Shown: positions 29,635 through 32,000 of the stretch, one piece after another
Layout: every line of letters begins with the position of its first letter
Numbering within the stretch: position 1 is the first letter of the stretch
NCBI GenBank assembly: GCA_017438525.1
Contig: JAFRVI010000054.1
Span: forward strand, 10,971 to 42,970
Length of the DNA stretch: 32,000 nucleotides
Reading direction: 5' to 3'
Origin: Clostridia bacterium
Lineage (GTDB): Bacteria > Bacillota > Clostridia > Oscillospirales > RGIG8002
Program-made: the position numbers and the translations under genes
Notes under the pieces: generated by a model
The model's database searches: none
What the model was told of the DNA's origin: nothing
The model's input: only the letters and a program-made list of their open reading frames with translations

Positions 29635-30936
29635 ATGTTCGTATCCGATCACGCAAAAGTCAACGCCGCCGGACACCTCGCGTTCTCCGGCGCCGACACC
29701 GTCGCGCTCGCGCAAAAGTACGGCACGCCGCTTTACGTCACGTCGCTCGACGGCGTGAAGGCGTCCTGCGCCGAATTCACCGCCGCGCTTCAGAAGCATT
29801 ACGGCGGCAGGGGAATGATCCTCTTCGCGAGCAAGGCGAACTGCAACAAGGCGGTCTGCAAGACGGTCTCCTCCTGCGACTTCGGACTCGACGTCGTTTC
29901 GGGCGGGGAATTGTATACCGCGCTGAAGGCGAACGTCAACCCGGAGAAAATCTGCTTCCACGGCAATAACAAGACCGAATCCGAGCTGCGCCTCGCCATT
30001 GAAAGCGGCGTCGGCAGGATCTTTTCCGACAGCATGAGCGAGCTCGACGATATCGAGCGTATCGCCGCCGAACTCGGCAAAAGGGTGAAGGTGCTCGTCC
30101 GCGCCAACCCCGGCGTCGAAGCGAGCACGCACGAATATATCATGACCGGCCAGGTCGATTCCAAGTTCGGCCTCTCGATCGAGAAGGGCGACGCGCTCGC
30201 CGGCGTGCTGAAAGCCCTCGCGAGCGAGCATATTGAGCTTGCGGGCATCGACTGCCACATCGGCAGTCAGATATTCGAGGTGCTTCCGTTCGAGGACGAG
30301 GCGGAAATGCTGATGCGCTTCCTTGTGAACGTCCGCGCGCTCACCGGAGTAACGCTCCCCGAGCTGAACATCGGCGGCGGCTTCGGCGTGCGCTATGTCC
30401 CGTCGGACGATCCGCTTTCCGCGGACCGCATAATCGGCGCCGTCGCGGCTCGCGTCAAACGCTTCTGCGCGGAAAACGGCTTCCCCGAGCCGTTCCTGAT
30501 GTTCGAGCCGGGCAGGGCGATAGTCGCGAATAACGGCATAACGCTCTATACCGTCGGCTGCGTCAAGGAGATCGAAGGCGTCCGCAACTACGTCAGCGTC
30601 GACGGAGGAATGTTCGATAACCCGCGCTACGCGCTCTATAAAGCGCGTTACACCGCCTGCGTTGCGAACAAAGCGTCCTTCCCGTCGGATTACCGCGCCG
30701 CGATAGCGGGCAAGTGCTGCGAAAGCGGCGACCTCATCGGCAGGGATATCGAGATCCAGCGCCCGGAGCGCGGCGATATCCTCGCCGTCTTCACCACCGG
30801 CGCGTATAACTATTCGATGTCGTCGAACTACAACCGCAACCCGCGCCCGGCGATGGTCGTCATCGAGAACGGCGAAGACCGCGTAGCGATCCGCCGCGAA
30901 ACCTACGCCGACCTCGCCGCCTTCGACGAGGAATAA
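29635..30936 (+). CDS. lysA: Diaminopimelate decarboxylase
   Basis: 433 aa. PLP-lysine context FASKANCN, the GGGFGV glycine-rich motif, CESGD and YNYSMSSNYN, all typical of LysA. Starts 1 nt after the engB stop. Confidence 0.93.
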   Translation: MFVSDHAKVNAAGHLAFSGADTVALAQKYGTPLYVTSLDGVKASCAEFTAALQKHYGGRGMILFASKANCNKAVCKTVSSCDFGLDVVSGGELYTALKANVNPEKICFHGNNKTESELRLAIESGVGRIFSDSMSELDDIERIAAELGKRVKVLVRANPGVEASTHEYIMTGQVDSKFGLSIEKGDALAGVLKALASEHIELAGIDCHIGSQIFEVLPFEDEAEMLMRFLVNVRALTGVTLPELNIGGGFGVRYVPSDDPLSADRIIGAVAARVKRFCAENGFPEPFLMFEPGRAIVANNGITLYTVGCVKEIEGVRNYVSVDGGMFDNPRYALYKARYTACVANKASFPSDYRAAIAGKCCESGDLIGRDIEIQRPERGDILAVFTTGAYNYSMSSNYNRNPRPAMVVIENGEDRVAIRRETYADLAAFDEE

Positions 30937-30961
30937 TCGGCGCAAGAATAAAGAGTACCAG

Positions 30962-30994
30962 AAGACAGTCACTTTGCCGTGGCTGTCTTTTTTA
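30962..30994 (+). terminator. Rho-independent terminator after lysA
   Basis: AAGACAGTCAC TTTGCC GTGGCTGTCTT (11-bp stem with one G-U pair) running into TTTTTT. Confidence 0.8.
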
Positions 30995-31020
30995 CGCAAA
31001 ACCGGCAGAGGGGCGGCAAG

Positions 31021-31050
31021 CTCGCAATTTCATAATTTTTATGCTATAAT
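31021..31050 (+). promoter_or_regulatory. Candidate extended -10 promoter upstream of the second ECF sigma gene
   Basis: TGCTATAAT (TGn-TATAAT, 31042-31050) in an AT-rich stretch. The -35 is only weak (TCGCAA, 31022-31027, 17-nt spacer). Confidence 0.4.
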
Positions 31051-31125
31051 AAAAAAGAGAAAAATTTGTGACCAAACAAGTGTTTTTTCTGTGTATTAGA
31101 GTGAAAGGCCTTTCAGCAAAGGGGA

Positions 31126-31695
31126 ATGGAGTGCGGCGTGAACGACGAGAGCATAGTCGCTTTGTTCTGGAACAGAGATGAGAGCGCGGTCGCGGAAGCG
31201 CAAAAGCAATACGGCGCTTATTGCCGATACATAGCGGAGAACGTGCTGGGTGACGAACGCGACGCCGAGGAATGCGTCAACGACGCGCTTCTCTCCGCGT
31301 GGAACAGCATACCTCCCAAGCGTCCGGAAAACCTGAAAGCGTATCTCGGTATGCTCGTCCGCAACGCCTCGGTGAACAGGCGTCTGCGCAATAACGCGAA
31401 AAAGCGCCTGCCGAAGTCGCTCGGCTCGCTCGAGGAGCTCGGCGAGATCGCGGCTTTCCGCGACGTAGACGGGGAGGTCGGCGCCCGCGAGCTTGCGCGT
31501 CTGATCTCGGATTTCGTCCGCTCGCTCGGAACGACCGAACGAAACGTATTCATCCGGCGATACTGGTATTACGATTCGATAGACGAGATATGCAAGCGCT
31601 GCGGCTTCGGCAAGAGCAAGGTCAAGATGATGCTCAAGCGCACGCGGGATTCACTCGCTGAGTATTTGAAAGAGGAAGCGGATTATGAATTATGA
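31126..31695 (+). CDS. ECF-type RNA polymerase sigma-70 family factor
   Basis: 189 aa. Region 2 (DAEECVNDALLSAWNSIPPKRPENLKAYLGMLVRNASVNR) and region 4 HTH (YDSIDEICKRCGFGKSKVKMMLKRTRDSL). The true start may be GTG 31138, since GGAG lies 6 nt upstream of it while ATG 31126 has almost no spacer. Confidence 0.85.
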   Translation: MECGVNDESIVALFWNRDESAVAEAQKQYGAYCRYIAENVLGDERDAEECVNDALLSAWNSIPPKRPENLKAYLGMLVRNASVNRRLRNNAKKRLPKSLGSLEELGEIAAFRDVDGEVGARELARLISDFVRSLGTTERNVFIRRYWYYDSIDEICKRCGFGKSKVKMMLKRTRDSLAEYLKEEADYEL

Positions 31696-32000
31696 GCTTA
31701 TAAACGAAACGATAGGGCTGATGGATTTTGACCTTATCGAAGCGGCGGACGAAGCCCCGCAAAGCGCGGGCGCCGTGCGCGTTACGCCGTTTGTGAAAAG
31801 GCCGTGGCTGAAATGGGCTGCCGCGGTGGTCGCAATAGTCGTGATCGCCGCCGGAACGCCGCTCGCGTTGAAAGCGATCGGCTCCTTCCGCAACGAAAAC
31901 TTCGTCGCCCCGAACGGCAGCGGCAATTCCGGCGTCGTTGTTCCCGTCGACAGCAGCGAGCCCGACGGCAGCGAGCCGGACAGCGGCTCAACCCCGAGCG
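31685..32000 (+). CDS. Putative single-pass anti-sigma factor / membrane protein, 5' part (runs off the window)
   Basis: Not in the ORF track because it has no stop in the window. ATG 31685 overlaps the sigma gene 3' end by 11 nt. Product: MNYELINETIGLMDFDLIEAADEAP...KRPWLKWAAAVVAIVVIAAGTPLAL (TM), then a Ser/Pro/Asp-rich linker (VDSSEPDGSEPDSGSTPS). Confidence 0.6.
   Translation, partial: MNYELINETIGLMDFDLIEAADEAPQSAGAVRVTPFVKRPWLKWAAAVVAIVVIAAGTPLALKAIGSFRNENFVAPNGSGNSGVVVPVDSSEPDGSEPDSGSTPS

Noticed and set aside
29440-30999. 519-aa ORF on the minus strand
   Set aside because: It is antisense to engB/lysA. The composition is low-complexity and Arg/Ala-rich, with no start context. Shadow ORF.

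Overview
GC-rich window with strong G/C third-codon bias, which also creates many long Arg/Ala-rich shadow ORFs antisense to real genes. It reads as ordinary core chromosome of an endospore-forming Clostridia-type Firmicute, not an accessory island. Gene order: rfbC (3' end)-rfbB-rfbD (dTDP-rhamnose) running into nfnA-nfnB. Next comes a CitMHS/ArsB-type permease (-), then a SASA/DUF303 esterase abutting tex. A complete spoIIIAA-AH operon (-) follows, then an ECF sigma plus a membrane-anchored beta-propeller protein (-), then ligA (-). Two micro-ORFs lie below the ORF-track cutoff: a SpoVM-like 26-aa peptide and a 47-aa two-TM peptide (-). After them come a divergent metG-like gene with gltX (-), tig-clpP-clpX-lon-engB-lysA (+), and a second ECF sigma/anti-sigma pair (+) that runs off the window. 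I saw no rRNA, tRNA, CRISPR array, transposase/integrase, or recognisable defence or toxin genes, and I cannot honestly point to a clear new multi-gene system. The best second-look candidates are the ECF-sigma/beta-propeller module of unknown function, the MetRS-like enzyme with a degenerate KMSKS loop and an insertion, and the unlisted small ORFs including spoVM. Lesser ones are a frameshifted signal-peptide mini-ORF and a histone-like AKP tail on trigger factor. All family calls come from reading the translations; no searches were run.
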